Shown: positions 1 to 9,205 of the stretch, one piece after another
Numbering within the stretch: position 1 is the stretch's first letter
Layout of the letters: each line of letters begins with the position of its first letter
Origin: Promethearchaeota archaeon
Lineage (GTDB): Archaea > Asgardarchaeota > Lokiarchaeia > Sigyniarchaeales > SOKP01
Length of the DNA stretch: 33,319 nt
Direction: 5' to 3'
NCBI GenBank assembly: GCA_030615145.1
Contig: JAUWZT010000002.1
Location: 1-33,319 of the forward strand
Made by a program: the position numbers and the translations under genes
The notes under the pieces: model-generated
Database searches by the model: none
What the model was told of the DNA's origin: nothing
Seen by the model: the letters and a program-made list of their open reading frames with translations, nothing else

Positions 1-255
1 AAGAGTAGAGACGAATTGTACAAAGAATTTCTTCAAGCCGTCAAAAATTTTATAGTCTCACTTGATTGTCCTATATGCGTAAAAGATTTGAAAAATCCTG
101 TTATTAACAAAGAAGATTATTTCTCTAAACTAGATTTATTATCCGAATATGCCGACGACGACGCAGTATCTCTAACTTCTTTTCGTGCAATTAATAGGAA
201 GCTATATAGAACCATTTTTGAGTACGCGGGGGATGGAAAAGATCTCGATTTTTAA
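1..255 (+). CDS. hypothetical protein, C-terminal fragment (5' end outside window)
   Basis: Frame 1 is open from base 1 (KSRDE-L...) to the TAA at 253..255. The track ORF 16..255 simply begins at the first in-window TTG. No recognisable motif. It ends 15 nt before the AOR gene. Confidence 0.35.
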   Translation, partial: KSRDELYKEFLQAVKNFIVSLDCPICVKDLKNPVINKEDYFSKLDLLSEYADDDAVSLTSFRAINRKLYRTIFEYAGDGKDLDF

Positions 256-270
256 TATGGAGGGAAAAAG

Positions 271-2145
271 ATGAGTGAAAATTTATTTGGTTATAATGGA
301 AAAATTGCTTATGTGAATTTAACCGACCAAACTGTCGATGTTAAAGATTTGGACGCTCAAGTAGCAAAGGAATATCTCGGTGGTACAGGGCTAAGCGCTA
401 AAATAACATACGACCTTCTATCAAAAGACGATTACGACACCTTAAAAACAGATGCTTTTTCAGAAATTAATCCATTGATATTTGCGACGGGCCCTGTAAC
501 AGGAACTTTAAGACCCTCCTCCGGAAGGTACACCGTAACAGCAATATCACCCCTTACAGGGATATGGGGTGAAGGCTCTTCTGGGGGTTATTTTTGCATT
601 TCTTTACATAACAGTGGTTTCGATGCTATAGTTATTGTTGGGAAAGCAAAAAGTCCTATCTATCTATATGTCCACGATGAAACCATTGAGTTTAAAAGTG
701 GAGATGCCGTTTGGGGTAAAGACACGTACGAAACCCAATTAATTTTGAAAAAAGAGCTAAACAACGAAAAGATTCGGGTTGCTACTATTGGTATTGCTGG
801 TGAAAATTTAGTGAAATACGCGGGAATAATTAACGACGAAGGACGAGCTATAGGGAGATGCGGTTTAGGTGCTATAATGGGCTCAAAAAACTTAAAAGCT
901 ATTGCAATTCACGGAACTAAAAGAGTACAAATCGCAGATAATAAAATAGGTAAAGAATTGTTAAAAGAAGCAGAAGATGCAAAGAGAGGAGACCTCCTTA
1001 AATCAATAAAGCCTTTTCTATTCACTTTATACGGTACAAATTGCTATTTAGACATAGGTATGGCTCTTGGTGACACGCCAGCACATTATTTTACTAAGAA
1101 CGAATTTTTCGCTGAAAAATTGACGGGGAAAACATTACGAGAAGAATATCCCGTTTTAGATTACGGATGTGCGGGATGTACTATGAGATGTGGTAAAATA
1201 ACAATAGTAGAACACGAAGGTAAAGAGATCGAAGTAGATGGGCCAGAGTACGAGTCTGTCGCGGCATTTGGACCTTTATGTGGCGTTAACGATTCCAAAG
1301 AAGTAATTCTCTCGCATCATATGTGTAACGTATATGGTTTTGATACTATTTCTGGGGGCGTGTCTATCGCATTTTTAATTTACTTAGTTGAAAACAATTT
1401 GGGGATTGACAAAATTAAGTCGCATCTAAAAGATATTGAAATCGGAGAAATAAAGTGGGGCAATGGAGATTTACTTTTAAAACTAATTGATAAAATTGCT
1501 AAAAGGGAAGGCATAGGTAACGTACTTTCTGAGGGTGTACGCACCATGGCAAAAGAATTTAATGTTGATCCTGAATTAGCAGCGCATGTAAAGGGTTTAG
1601 AAATGCCTATGCACGATCCAAGAGCTTTTGCGGGACAAGCTTTAAGTTATATTACATGTTATGTGGGAGCGAGTCATGCAAAATGCGATTGGTATAGTGC
1701 CGAATTAGGACTTGTCGCATATACACAAATTCGAGTAAGAGCTGGCGATAGAACTTCCATAAAAGGTAGAGAAAAGGGAGTTATTGCCCTACAAAACATC
1801 AGGGCGATAGATGATTCCGCTGTAAATTGCAACTTCCTAAACCCCGCACTTGACCACATAATTAAGCACATCAACGCAGCAACGGGTTTTGATTACAGTA
1901 AAAAATCTTTATTGCTTGTTGGGGAACGAATAAATACTCTTAAAAGACTTATTATATGCAATCTAGGGATAACAAGAGAAGACGATAAACTACCTGGTCA
2001 TCTCAACAAAGTATTAAAGTCTGGTAAAACAGAAGGCGTAAAACTAGATTTAGATGGAAGCTTAAAGAAATATTACAAGATTCGTGGTTGGGATTGGGAA
2101 ACTGGTTGTCCAACAAAAGAAAAACTCGAAGAACTTAATATATAA
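271..2145 (+). CDS. aor: tungsten-type aldehyde:ferredoxin oxidoreductase (AOR family)
   Basis: 624 aa. Carries AOR-family blocks: N-terminal GYNGKIAYVNLT...YLGGTGL, GLGAIMGSKNLKAI, the C-x2-C-x3-C [4Fe-4S] ligand motif (DYGCAGCTMRCGK), and C-terminal YYKIRGWDWETGCPT. GGAGGG lies 6 nt upstream of the ATG. Confidence 0.92.
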   Translation: MSENLFGYNGKIAYVNLTDQTVDVKDLDAQVAKEYLGGTGLSAKITYDLLSKDDYDTLKTDAFSEINPLIFATGPVTGTLRPSSGRYTVTAISPLTGIWGEGSSGGYFCISLHNSGFDAIVIVGKAKSPIYLYVHDETIEFKSGDAVWGKDTYETQLILKKELNNEKIRVATIGIAGENLVKYAGIINDEGRAIGRCGLGAIMGSKNLKAIAIHGTKRVQIADNKIGKELLKEAEDAKRGDLLKSIKPFLFTLYGTNCYLDIGMALGDTPAHYFTKNEFFAEKLTGKTLREEYPVLDYGCAGCTMRCGKITIVEHEGKEIEVDGPEYESVAAFGPLCGVNDSKEVILSHHMCNVYGFDTISGGVSIAFLIYLVENNLGIDKIKSHLKDIEIGEIKWGNGDLLLKLIDKIAKREGIGNVLSEGVRTMAKEFNVDPELAAHVKGLEMPMHDPRAFAGQALSYITCYVGASHAKCDWYSAELGLVAYTQIRVRAGDRTSIKGREKGVIALQNIRAIDDSAVNCNFLNPALDHIIKHINAATGFDYSKKSLLLVGERINTLKRLIICNLGITREDDKLPGHLNKVLKSGKTEGVKLDLDGSLKKYYKIRGWDWETGCPTKEKLEELNI

Positions 2146-2153
2146 CTAATTTA

Positions 2154-2162
2154 TTTTTTTTT
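2154..2162 (+). terminator. oligo-T run (T9) 9 nt after the AOR stop, candidate archaeal-type terminator
   Basis: ttaTTTTTTTTTat lies directly downstream of the TAA at 2143..2145, in the 42-nt gap between convergent genes. Confidence 0.4.
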
Positions 2163-2187
2163 ATAATTTTATTTTTAAATATTTGCT

Positions 2188-3294
2188 TTAACATTCAATT
2201 TCTATTATTAGCTCCTCCTTGTATCCGATTATCACTTTTACAAGTCCTTTAAGCATTTCATCGGTCTTAATATCGCCAGTATCTACCATTAAACATCTTA
2301 AACCTTTAATTTTTTCTTCAGTTGAAACTATTTTAACATTCTTTTTTCCAATTTTTTTAATAATTTTAGGAGTAATCTGTTTATTACCTCTTCCAAAAAT
2401 AAAGCCTTGCCCACCAATTGGCGAGACGATAATTTTTGCCTTTTTATGTTTATTCAAAAGTTCTAGCATTCCAAGTTCATTTAAATCTATCCCAATAATC
2501 TTATCGTTATAAAGAGCATCTACTCCAAGTAAGCTTTTTGTTAACTTTAACTGATCGGTGATTGCTTTTACAGTTGTACCAGGCCCAAGTAAATATAATG
2601 TATCATTTTCTAAATTTTCAATAACATGTTGAGCAATTTCATGTTTATTTTCTTCAATGGATCTTCCTATTTTAGAACCATCTTTTCCAGCCTGTAGAAG
2701 GTTTATAACTTTAGGTACATTTAAGTATCCATATAGTCTTGAATCTAAAATTCCTTCTCGAAACGATTGTTCATTAATATCTAAAACCTCTTTTTCTTGA
2801 AATTCTACTGTTTCCTTTATGAATTTATCAACAATTTCGGCAGCAGCTCTAGGGTTAATGGCAAAAACAGAGCTAAACATTTTAACGCCAGAAGGTATTG
2901 CCACAACAGGTATAGATAAGCCAATGGCATCGTGAATATCTCTAGCTGTCCCGTCTCCGCCACAAAAAATTAATAATTCTATATTTTGTTGTTTCATCAT
3001 TTTAGCTATTTTTTTTGTATCTTCAGCAGTAGTTTCTTGATTAATATCGCCAATTATTTCGAAATTAATGCCAGTTTCTTTCACAATATTAGCGCCCATA
3101 TTTCCTGGAGCAACTAATAAATGAATTTTACCTTTGGTTTTTATATTAGAAAAAAAAGAGCGAATTCTTTCAGGAGTTATTGGTTTAGCTCCCATTTTAA
3201 TAGCTTTCTTAAATGTATCACCATCAGTTCCTTTAAGTCCTACACTTCCACCCATTCCCGCAATAGGATTTATAATAAGCCCTATTTTTCGCAT
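2188..3294 (-). CDS. ATP-NAD kinase / diacylglycerol-kinase-fold protein (COG3199-like)
   Basis: 368 aa. N-terminal IGLIINPIAGMGG and the GGDGT signature (LLIFCGGDGTARDI) of the NAD-kinase/DAGK catalytic fold. Length and layout match the 'predicted polyphosphate/ATP-NAD kinase' family. Confidence 0.75.
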   Translation of the reverse strand: MRKIGLIINPIAGMGGSVGLKGTDGDTFKKAIKMGAKPITPERIRSFFSNIKTKGKIHLLVAPGNMGANIVKETGINFEIIGDINQETTAEDTKKIAKMMKQQNIELLIFCGGDGTARDIHDAIGLSIPVVAIPSGVKMFSSVFAINPRAAAEIVDKFIKETVEFQEKEVLDINEQSFREGILDSRLYGYLNVPKVINLLQAGKDGSKIGRSIEENKHEIAQHVIENLENDTLYLLGPGTTVKAITDQLKLTKSLLGVDALYNDKIIGIDLNELGMLELLNKHKKAKIIVSPIGGQGFIFGRGNKQITPKIIKKIGKKNVKIVSTEEKIKGLRCLMVDTGDIKTDEMLKGLVKVIIGYKEELIIEIEC

Positions 3295-3390
3295 ACTGAA
3301 ATCTCTTCCTCTAAATTGAAATTTTTTTCCTAATTATAACTCTACTAAATACTCAGTTTCATTCAATAATCAAAAACAATTTTTAATTTT

Positions 3391-3399
3391 AAAAAAAAA
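3391..3399 (-). terminator. oligo-T run (A9 on + strand) just downstream of the SDR gene stop
   Basis: On the minus strand a T9 run begins 9 nt after the stop codon at 3408..3410. Confidence 0.4.
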
Positions 3400-3407
3400 T
3401 AAATAAA

Positions 3408-4274
3408 TTATATTGATTTTCCTAATTTTTTTCTTGCCTTTCTTAAGTCTCTATCACTTATTATCTGAAATAATCTTGGAAAGAATCTCATCACTCTCCA
3501 TAAAAATTTAGACGACCCTGGCATGATATAGAACTTTTCTTTTAATAATCCTTTGACATATTTCTCTGCTACTTCTTCAGCACTTAATAGGCCTCCCCAA
3601 CTTTCTGAAATTATATTTAATTCTTCCGGTCTAGTTTCTGCCTCTTCTTCAAGTCCCGGAGTTTGAGTGTCAGGGGGATACAACACAGATACATTAATGT
3701 TATATGGTTTTATTTCATGTCTTAAGGCTTCAGAAAGACCCGCAATAGCAAATTTTGTTGGAGCGTAAGCTGCATAGCCCATTTGCCCGCTATATCCTGA
3801 AATCGAGGATGCATTCCCAATATGTCCCTTTTTTTTTTCTTTAAAATAGGGTAATAATATTAGGATAGGAACTAATTGACCATAGTAATTAATATCCATG
3901 TGTTTTTTAAAATCAACCAGCGTCAAATTTTCAATATAGTCTGGATACGAAATCCCTACAAAATTTATAAGATAATCCGGAACACCGTGTTTACTTATAA
4001 AATCTGTAAATAAAGGTTCTAACTTCACTATATCTGTTGTATCACAAGAAATTTTCTCAACGGTTTGATCTTCTGTCGCCTTTAAAGCGTTAATCTCTTG
4101 AGTAGCCTCTTCTAGAGTTACTGTGTTTCTAGCAACAATGCATACATTGCCACCTAATTGAACAATTTCTTTTGCTGTAGCTTTCCCAATCCCTTTTGAA
4201 CCACCACAGATTATTGCCCATTTTCCTTTTAATGGTTGTTTTTTTATTAGTTTCTTTTTTGCCATTTGATTCAC
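3408..4274 (-). CDS. short-chain dehydrogenase/reductase, 3-dehydrosphinganine (3-ketodihydrosphingosine) reductase-like subgroup
   Basis: Cofactor motif CGGSKGIGK and catalytic YAPTK (YxxxK). After the catalytic motif comes the block FAIAGLSEALRHEIKPYNINVSVLYPPDTQTPG. From memory this closely parallels the KDSR/FVT1 block [33 protein letters not shown]. The start may be GTG 4274 or ATG 4265. Confidence 0.8.
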   Translation of the reverse strand: MNQMAKKKLIKKQPLKGKWAIICGGSKGIGKATAKEIVQLGGNVCIVARNTVTLEEATQEINALKATEDQTVEKISCDTTDIVKLEPLFTDFISKHGVPDYLINFVGISYPDYIENLTLVDFKKHMDINYYGQLVPILILLPYFKEKKKGHIGNASSISGYSGQMGYAAYAPTKFAIAGLSEALRHEIKPYNINVSVLYPPDTQTPGLEEEAETRPEELNIISESWGGLLSAEEVAEKYVKGLLKEKFYIMPGSSKFLWRVMRFFPRLFQIISDRDLRKARKKLGKSI

Positions 4275-4287
4275 TTCTCAGTATAAT

Positions 4288-4692
4288 TTAGAAATTTAAA
4301 TATCCATAAATTAGGCAAATGATACCTAAAATTAACACAGCTGAAACAATAAAGATACTCATGTAAGCATCCATGTCTCTTGTCTTAAACAGACCATTCT
4401 GAAAATTAAATGCGAAATCGATTAAACCTAAAAACAATAAAGCTCCACTAGCAACTATAGTAAAGAATAACCCAAATCTCTGCCCTGTTAAAAGACCTAT
4501 TGCGGAAATTATCAAACAAGTTGTAATTAAACCTAAATCAGGGAGAGGAAAAGATCGTTCATGTTTCAAATACCACTCCGTCTTATCAGGATTTTTATTT
4601 TCTACTAAAAAGAAAAAAATCCAAAATCCAATAATTCCAATCGCTAAAATTATCTGTAAGATTGCTATTATAATTTCAATCATTTTTATCAC
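4288..4692 (-). CDS. small integral membrane protein (about 4 TM helices), unknown function
   Basis: 134 aa with four long hydrophobic stretches. It ends 13 nt upstream of the SDR gene on the same strand, so co-transcription is likely. Confidence 0.6.
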   Translation of the reverse strand: MIKMIEIIIAILQIILAIGIIGFWIFFFLVENKNPDKTEWYLKHERSFPLPDLGLITTCLIISAIGLLTGQRFGLFFTIVASGALLFLGLIDFAFNFQNGLFKTRDMDAYMSIFIVSAVLILGIICLIYGYLNF

Positions 4693-4924
4693 TTTTTAAA
4701 AATTAAATTTTTTCTATAGTTATTATTAATTATCGATTTTCTTTAGTATATAAATTTTTAATCTTTCTTAATGTCAGAAACTATAAAAAATAATAGATTT
4801 TAAATTTCAAATAAATAAAATATGTTGATAAAAATATTTTAAATCTCTCATAGCTTCATTATTTCTATGAAATGTCTTTTGTAATAGGAGTCTATATTGA
4901 ACAAGTCTAAAATTAAGATAAGAT

Positions 4925-4933
4925 AAAAAAAAA
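4925..4933 (-). terminator. oligo-T run (A9 on + strand) immediately after the stop of the second SDR
   Basis: On the minus strand a T9 run abuts the stop codon at 4934..4936. Confidence 0.4.
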
Positions 4934-5749
4934 TTAAAATTGCCACTCTCTAAAACGATTCGCGGGTACTCCTACTTCAGCTATACCCCCGTCGATAGGA
5001 AATATATGTCCTGTTATAAAATCACTTCTAGGAGATGCAAGAAAAATCATTAAGTTTACGACATCATCAACTGTTCCAATTCTATTAAGAGGTGTTTTAA
5101 CATCTGACATTTTCAAGGATTGTATTACGGTATCATCGCTATTACCATATATCCCCGTAGTATGATAACCCGGAGCTATCGCATTGGAAGTAATGTAAGG
5201 GGCGAGAGTTTTTGCTACGAGTTGAGTTAAAGCAATAATACCCGCTTTACTAATACTGTAAGCTGAAAGAGTATCGTCAGCAACTATTCCTGCTATAGAA
5301 GTAGTGTGAATTACTTTACCTCTCAAGGGTTCCATTTTTTGCCTATTCATCTTACGACAAATATTTTTATCAACTAACCATTGTCCTTTAAGATTTACAT
5401 TCATGGTTATATCCCATGCTTTTTCACCTATTTTAATTATGTTAACTCCCGCTTGAGCTGCCGTTCCTGCGTTATTAAATAAAATATATACATTATCGAG
5501 CTCGTTAAATGTTTGTTCAGTCATCCTTTTTACTTGTTTTGAATCTGAAACATCGCAAACAATTGGAACTACTTTTTTTCCATACTTTTGTTCAATATTT
5601 TTTGTTGTCTCTTCTAATAGGACTTCGTTTATGTCAACTAAAACTAAATCAGCGCCTCTTTCAGCAAAAGCGTAAGCGACACCTCTACCAAAACCGCTAG
5701 CCCCTCCTGTGATTAAAACCCCCTTTCCTTCTAAAAATTTTTCGACCAT
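4934..5749 (-). CDS. classical SDR family oxidoreductase (FabG-like)
   Basis: 271 aa with TGGASGFG (TGxxxGxG), NNAG, the S...YSISK catalytic triad region, and a PIDGG tail. Confidence 0.85.
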   Translation of the reverse strand: MVEKFLEGKGVLITGGASGFGRGVAYAFAERGADLVLVDINEVLLEETTKNIEQKYGKKVVPIVCDVSDSKQVKRMTEQTFNELDNVYILFNNAGTAAQAGVNIIKIGEKAWDITMNVNLKGQWLVDKNICRKMNRQKMEPLRGKVIHTTSIAGIVADDTLSAYSISKAGIIALTQLVAKTLAPYITSNAIAPGYHTTGIYGNSDDTVIQSLKMSDVKTPLNRIGTVDDVVNLMIFLASPRSDFITGHIFPIDGGIAEVGVPANRFREWQF

Positions 5750-5914
5750 ATCTTATCATCTAATATTAAATTGTATAATATATTTATAGGGTTTTTCCTT
5801 CTTTTAAATTTTTAATTCGAAGATAAACATTGAAAAGCTAGAAGCAAAAATTTATTTATTTAACTCATTTTTAGATTTAATATAGAAAATAGAAAATTTA
5901 CGTGATTCAAAAAA

Positions 5915-7495
5915 ATGGTAGATAAAATAATTCCTTTTCTAATCGATATTGGCTCCGTTATCCCTGCCCGCTCAAAAGCTACATTACTAGATGAAATCGC
6001 GATGGCATTAAACGAATGTATAAACATTTATGGAAAGACAATTAAAAAGTTAGGCAAGATAAATAGAATTACTGCTTGTTTTTGGCCCGTTCGTTTAGTT
6101 CCTTTAAATGATACTCGTGCTTGCGTTTGTAGTTATCTGTTAAATAAACAAGAGAAATTAAATGTAGGAAAATTTTCAGAAACACCACCCAGCCCAGATA
6201 ATATAATTCAAGGTGCAGATTCGGCATCATTCTTAAATTCTTTGCAGGCGTATAATAGTAACTATTTAAAGAAAGCTAAAAATTATAAAAGAGGTACGGC
6301 GATTCAAGAAGCCCTTTTTAGCGCTAGTGAAGTTGAGTATTTTAAAAATTTTTTCTTAAATCAATACAATGTTAGTTCATTTAATGAGCCATATTTTCTC
6401 TTAGAAGGAGGACCTATTCCTAAAAGCATAAACCAAGCAAAAATAATTCCAGAAGTTTTTGATTTCATATCTCAAAAAGATGTTAAACTACTAGATAATT
6501 ATGGTCAGACTATTATCAAACTATGTGATAAGTGGATTCAGCGCGGTGCCCAAGACACTGACAAATTAAGAAGTCGAAAAGTCGATACGAGCGAAGAAGA
6601 AAAGCAATTGGCAATAGTTACTAGAGAATTAGAAGCTGAGAAAGCCCGAAAAATAGAAGCTACGCCTCAAGAATTAGTAAAAAGTGGAAAGTATAAAATT
6701 AACGATAAAACTGGCGATCTTTACAACAATCTTAGCGCAACAAAAAATAGCATCGATAGACTAAAAAATTCAATCAATAAAAACGACTTATTTGAAGTTG
6801 AAGGTGCTCTAAAAAATTTACGCATAAAATATCAGGATCTAGGGAATACAATTAGCAGATATGAATCCGAAATCGCTCAAATAAGGAAGAATGTACAACG
6901 AGAGATAAACGATTTAGAAAAAACCAAGCAACAAAAAATTCGAGAGCTTGAAAGGAAAAAATCTGAGATTGAAAATAAAATTCAAGCGAAACATAGTGAA
7001 ATTAGCAGCGACCTTACTTCAGCCGAGAGCATAGTTGCAAGAATCAAACAAGAAAAGCAATCTTGTCTTGATAACATCGAAAGAATTAAAGATATTGAAA
7101 TGACTAACGTTCAAAACTTCTTTAAAACTTATTCTATTGAAATTATGACTAAAGATGTGATCGTAGGTATACCTATGTTTATTTTCTACTTTGTAGATCC
7201 AAATACGCGCAGAACTACAGAAAGAGCTCCCGTTTTTCCTATTTTGATAAAAAAAGGGAAAATCCAACGGACAAAAGTAACAGATTCCTTTAGAAATAAA
7301 TTAAGAGATTTAATGAATAAAGACAACTCGATGATAAATTTAGTCGATAAAGGAGGAGAAACAGGCAATTTGATGGATATTAAAAATCTGGATGCTAAAC
7401 TCGAAGAATCAATCAACGATTTACGTATTAGGAAAGTTCTAGGTAAAAAAGAAGCTGATAGAGATAAAAACGTAATTAACGATTTAATTTGGTAA
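5915..7495 (+). CDS. hypothetical protein with a long central coiled coil
   Basis: 526-aa uninterrupted ORF with an ATG start. Residues from about 215 to 400 are heptad-like and rich in K/E/Q/I (EIAQIRKNVQREINDLEKTKQQKIRELERKKSEIENKIQ). The flanking N- and C-terminal globular parts carry no motif I recognise. Confidence 0.7.
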   Translation: MVDKIIPFLIDIGSVIPARSKATLLDEIAMALNECINIYGKTIKKLGKINRITACFWPVRLVPLNDTRACVCSYLLNKQEKLNVGKFSETPPSPDNIIQGADSASFLNSLQAYNSNYLKKAKNYKRGTAIQEALFSASEVEYFKNFFLNQYNVSSFNEPYFLLEGGPIPKSINQAKIIPEVFDFISQKDVKLLDNYGQTIIKLCDKWIQRGAQDTDKLRSRKVDTSEEEKQLAIVTRELEAEKARKIEATPQELVKSGKYKINDKTGDLYNNLSATKNSIDRLKNSINKNDLFEVEGALKNLRIKYQDLGNTISRYESEIAQIRKNVQREINDLEKTKQQKIRELERKKSEIENKIQAKHSEISSDLTSAESIVARIKQEKQSCLDNIERIKDIEMTNVQNFFKTYSIEIMTKDVIVGIPMFIFYFVDPNTRRTTERAPVFPILIKKGKIQRTKVTDSFRNKLRDLMNKDNSMINLVDKGGETGNLMDIKNLDAKLEESINDLRIRKVLGKKEADRDKNVINDLIW

Positions 7496-7538
7496 TTTTA
7501 CCAATTTTTTTTAAAATAATTTTTACATATTTTTTTCA

Positions 7539-7712
7539 TTATCCTATATAATTCATTTTTTGTCCACAACAATCTGGGATTGGTCGATAACTACACTCTT
7601 TTGATTCACAACAACATAGTATATAGTCTTCCTTCATAATCATTGACTGATCGCAGCATAAAGGCACATCTTTTTCATTTCCACAAATCTCGCATCTTAA
7701 TTTTGGTATTAT
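7539..7712 (-). CDS. candidate small cysteine-rich protein (57 codons), non-canonical start
   Basis: My own reverse-complement reading gives IIPKLRCEICGNEKDVPLCCDQSMIMKEDYILCCCESKECSYRPIPDCCGQKMNYIG*, with 11 Cys in 57 residues including CxxC, CC, CCC and CC. GAGGTGA lies 5 nt upstream of the first codon (ATA ATA). The first in-frame ATG is codon 24. The ORF is below the track's length cut-off. Confidence 0.3.
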   Translation of the reverse strand: MIPKLRCEICGNEKDVPLCCDQSMIMKEDYILCCCESKECSYRPIPDCCGQKMNYIG

Positions 7713-7941
7713 TTAAATCACCTCTTCTATGAGTTACCAACTTAGTTATATTGTTTTAAGTAGAAAAAAGCTTGTTTTATTTAATATAAATTTATTTCAA
7801 ATCCCCATTTTAAATAAAAAGCAATTTTTCTTGAATGGTTGTGAATTATTAAAATTGTTGTAATCTTTGAATTTTATTTAAAAATATTCAAAAATTATGT
7901 TTCTTACCTATTCTCATTATAGAAATAAATGGAGATGAATT

Positions 7942-9186
7942 GTGGTAAATCAATTAAATTTAGATAATACAAATAGATTATATGAAGAGGCATTGAAATT
8001 AATCCCAGGTGCTATTTTAGGAATTCGACGTCCTTATAACTTTATAGAGGGAGAATATCCTATTTTTTTTGAAACTGCCAAGGGAGGTAAAGTTATTGAT
8101 GTTGATGGAAATGAATATCTTGATATGTTATGTGCTTATGGACCTATTATTATAGGGCATAGGGAAGAGGAAATCGATAATGCCGTAATAGATCAAATTA
8201 AAAATAAGGGATTTTGCATGTCTTTAACCCAGCAAATACAAAACAGATTGGCAAAAAAATTAAAAGATTTAATACCCTGTTGTGAAAAAATGGTATTTGT
8301 AAAAACAGGTTCTGATGCTACTACTATTGGTGTTCGCGTTGCTCGGGGTTATACCAAAAGATTAAAAATATTACGGTGTGGATACCATGGTTGGCATTCT
8401 TGGTGCGTCGAAGGCAAAGGTGGAATCCCTGAAAAACTCTACGAAGATGTGTATGAATTCGAGTATAACAACCTTGACCATGTTAGTAAGTTGATGCAAA
8501 AATATGGTAACGATGTTGCAGCAATCATTATAACCCCTATTAATCACCCAGGTGGTCATGAAGTGGAAATGCCAGAACCAGGATTCTTAGAGGGTGTTCG
8601 TGAACTAGCAGATAAATACGATGCACTGTTGATATTTGATGAAATACGTACAGGCTTCAGAGTTAATCTTGGTGGTGCTCAAAAAGAATTAGGTGTGATA
8701 CCTGATCTTGCCGCATTCGGAAAGGCAATGGCAAATGGTTACCCTATCAGTTTCCTTGCAGGTAAAGAAGAAGTAATGGATATATTAATCGAAGAAGTCT
8801 TTTTAAGTTCAACTTTCTTTCCAAATAGTTTTCCACAAGTAGCAGCACTTAAAACTATAGAAATCATGGAGCGGGACAATGTTTTAGATGTCATTCGTGA
8901 GAAAGGTGAAAAGTTTGCTAAAAATGTTACCGAGATCATAGATGAAAGTGGCGTTCCGTGTACCTTTTCGGGAAGCCCATGGATGCCTTACATAACATTT
9001 GACCCCGATCCAAATCTCTTATATCGAAAACTGAGAGAAGAGTTTTATAAACAATTAATTCGACGGAAAGTGTTCTTACAACCTTATCATCATGGATATA
9101 TTTGTTATAGGCATACAAATGAAGATTTGGAGAACGCAGTAAATAGGATTGCCGAATCTTTAAATGAATGCAAAAAGTTAATGTAA
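7942..9186 (+). CDS. class-III (GSA-aminomutase-like) PLP aminotransferase; candidate 3-aminobutyryl-CoA aminotransferase
   Basis: 414 aa. N-terminal LIPGAILG...YLDMLCAYGPIIIGH, a DEIRTGFR block and the PLP-lysine context FGKAMANGYPIS. GTG start with GGAG 7 nt upstream. It lies immediately upstream of kce. Confidence 0.85.
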   Translation: MVNQLNLDNTNRLYEEALKLIPGAILGIRRPYNFIEGEYPIFFETAKGGKVIDVDGNEYLDMLCAYGPIIIGHREEEIDNAVIDQIKNKGFCMSLTQQIQNRLAKKLKDLIPCCEKMVFVKTGSDATTIGVRVARGYTKRLKILRCGYHGWHSWCVEGKGGIPEKLYEDVYEFEYNNLDHVSKLMQKYGNDVAAIIITPINHPGGHEVEMPEPGFLEGVRELADKYDALLIFDEIRTGFRVNLGGAQKELGVIPDLAAFGKAMANGYPISFLAGKEEVMDILIEEVFLSSTFFPNSFPQVAALKTIEIMERDNVLDVIREKGEKFAKNVTEIIDESGVPCTFSGSPWMPYITFDPDPNLLYRKLREEFYKQLIRRKVFLQPYHHGYICYRHTNEDLENAVNRIAESLNECKKLM

Positions 9187-9205
9187 TACTTACTTGGGAT
9201 TCTTA

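Noticed and set aside
1674-3333. Track ORFs 1674..1874(-), 2219..2512(+), 3121..3333(+) and 3134..3319(+).
   Set aside because: Each lies entirely antisense within the AOR or NAD-kinase-like genes, which have clear family motifs. Their sequences are low-complexity (S/F/I/L/P-rich), typical of shadow ORFs in AT-rich DNA.
7729-7863. Plus-strand 44-aa ORF (MSYQLSYIVLSRKKLVLFNINLF...) upstream of the aminotransferase.
   Set aside because: It is low-complexity, has no RBS, and overlaps the AT-rich presumed promoter region of the lysine cluster. It is probably a chance ORF.
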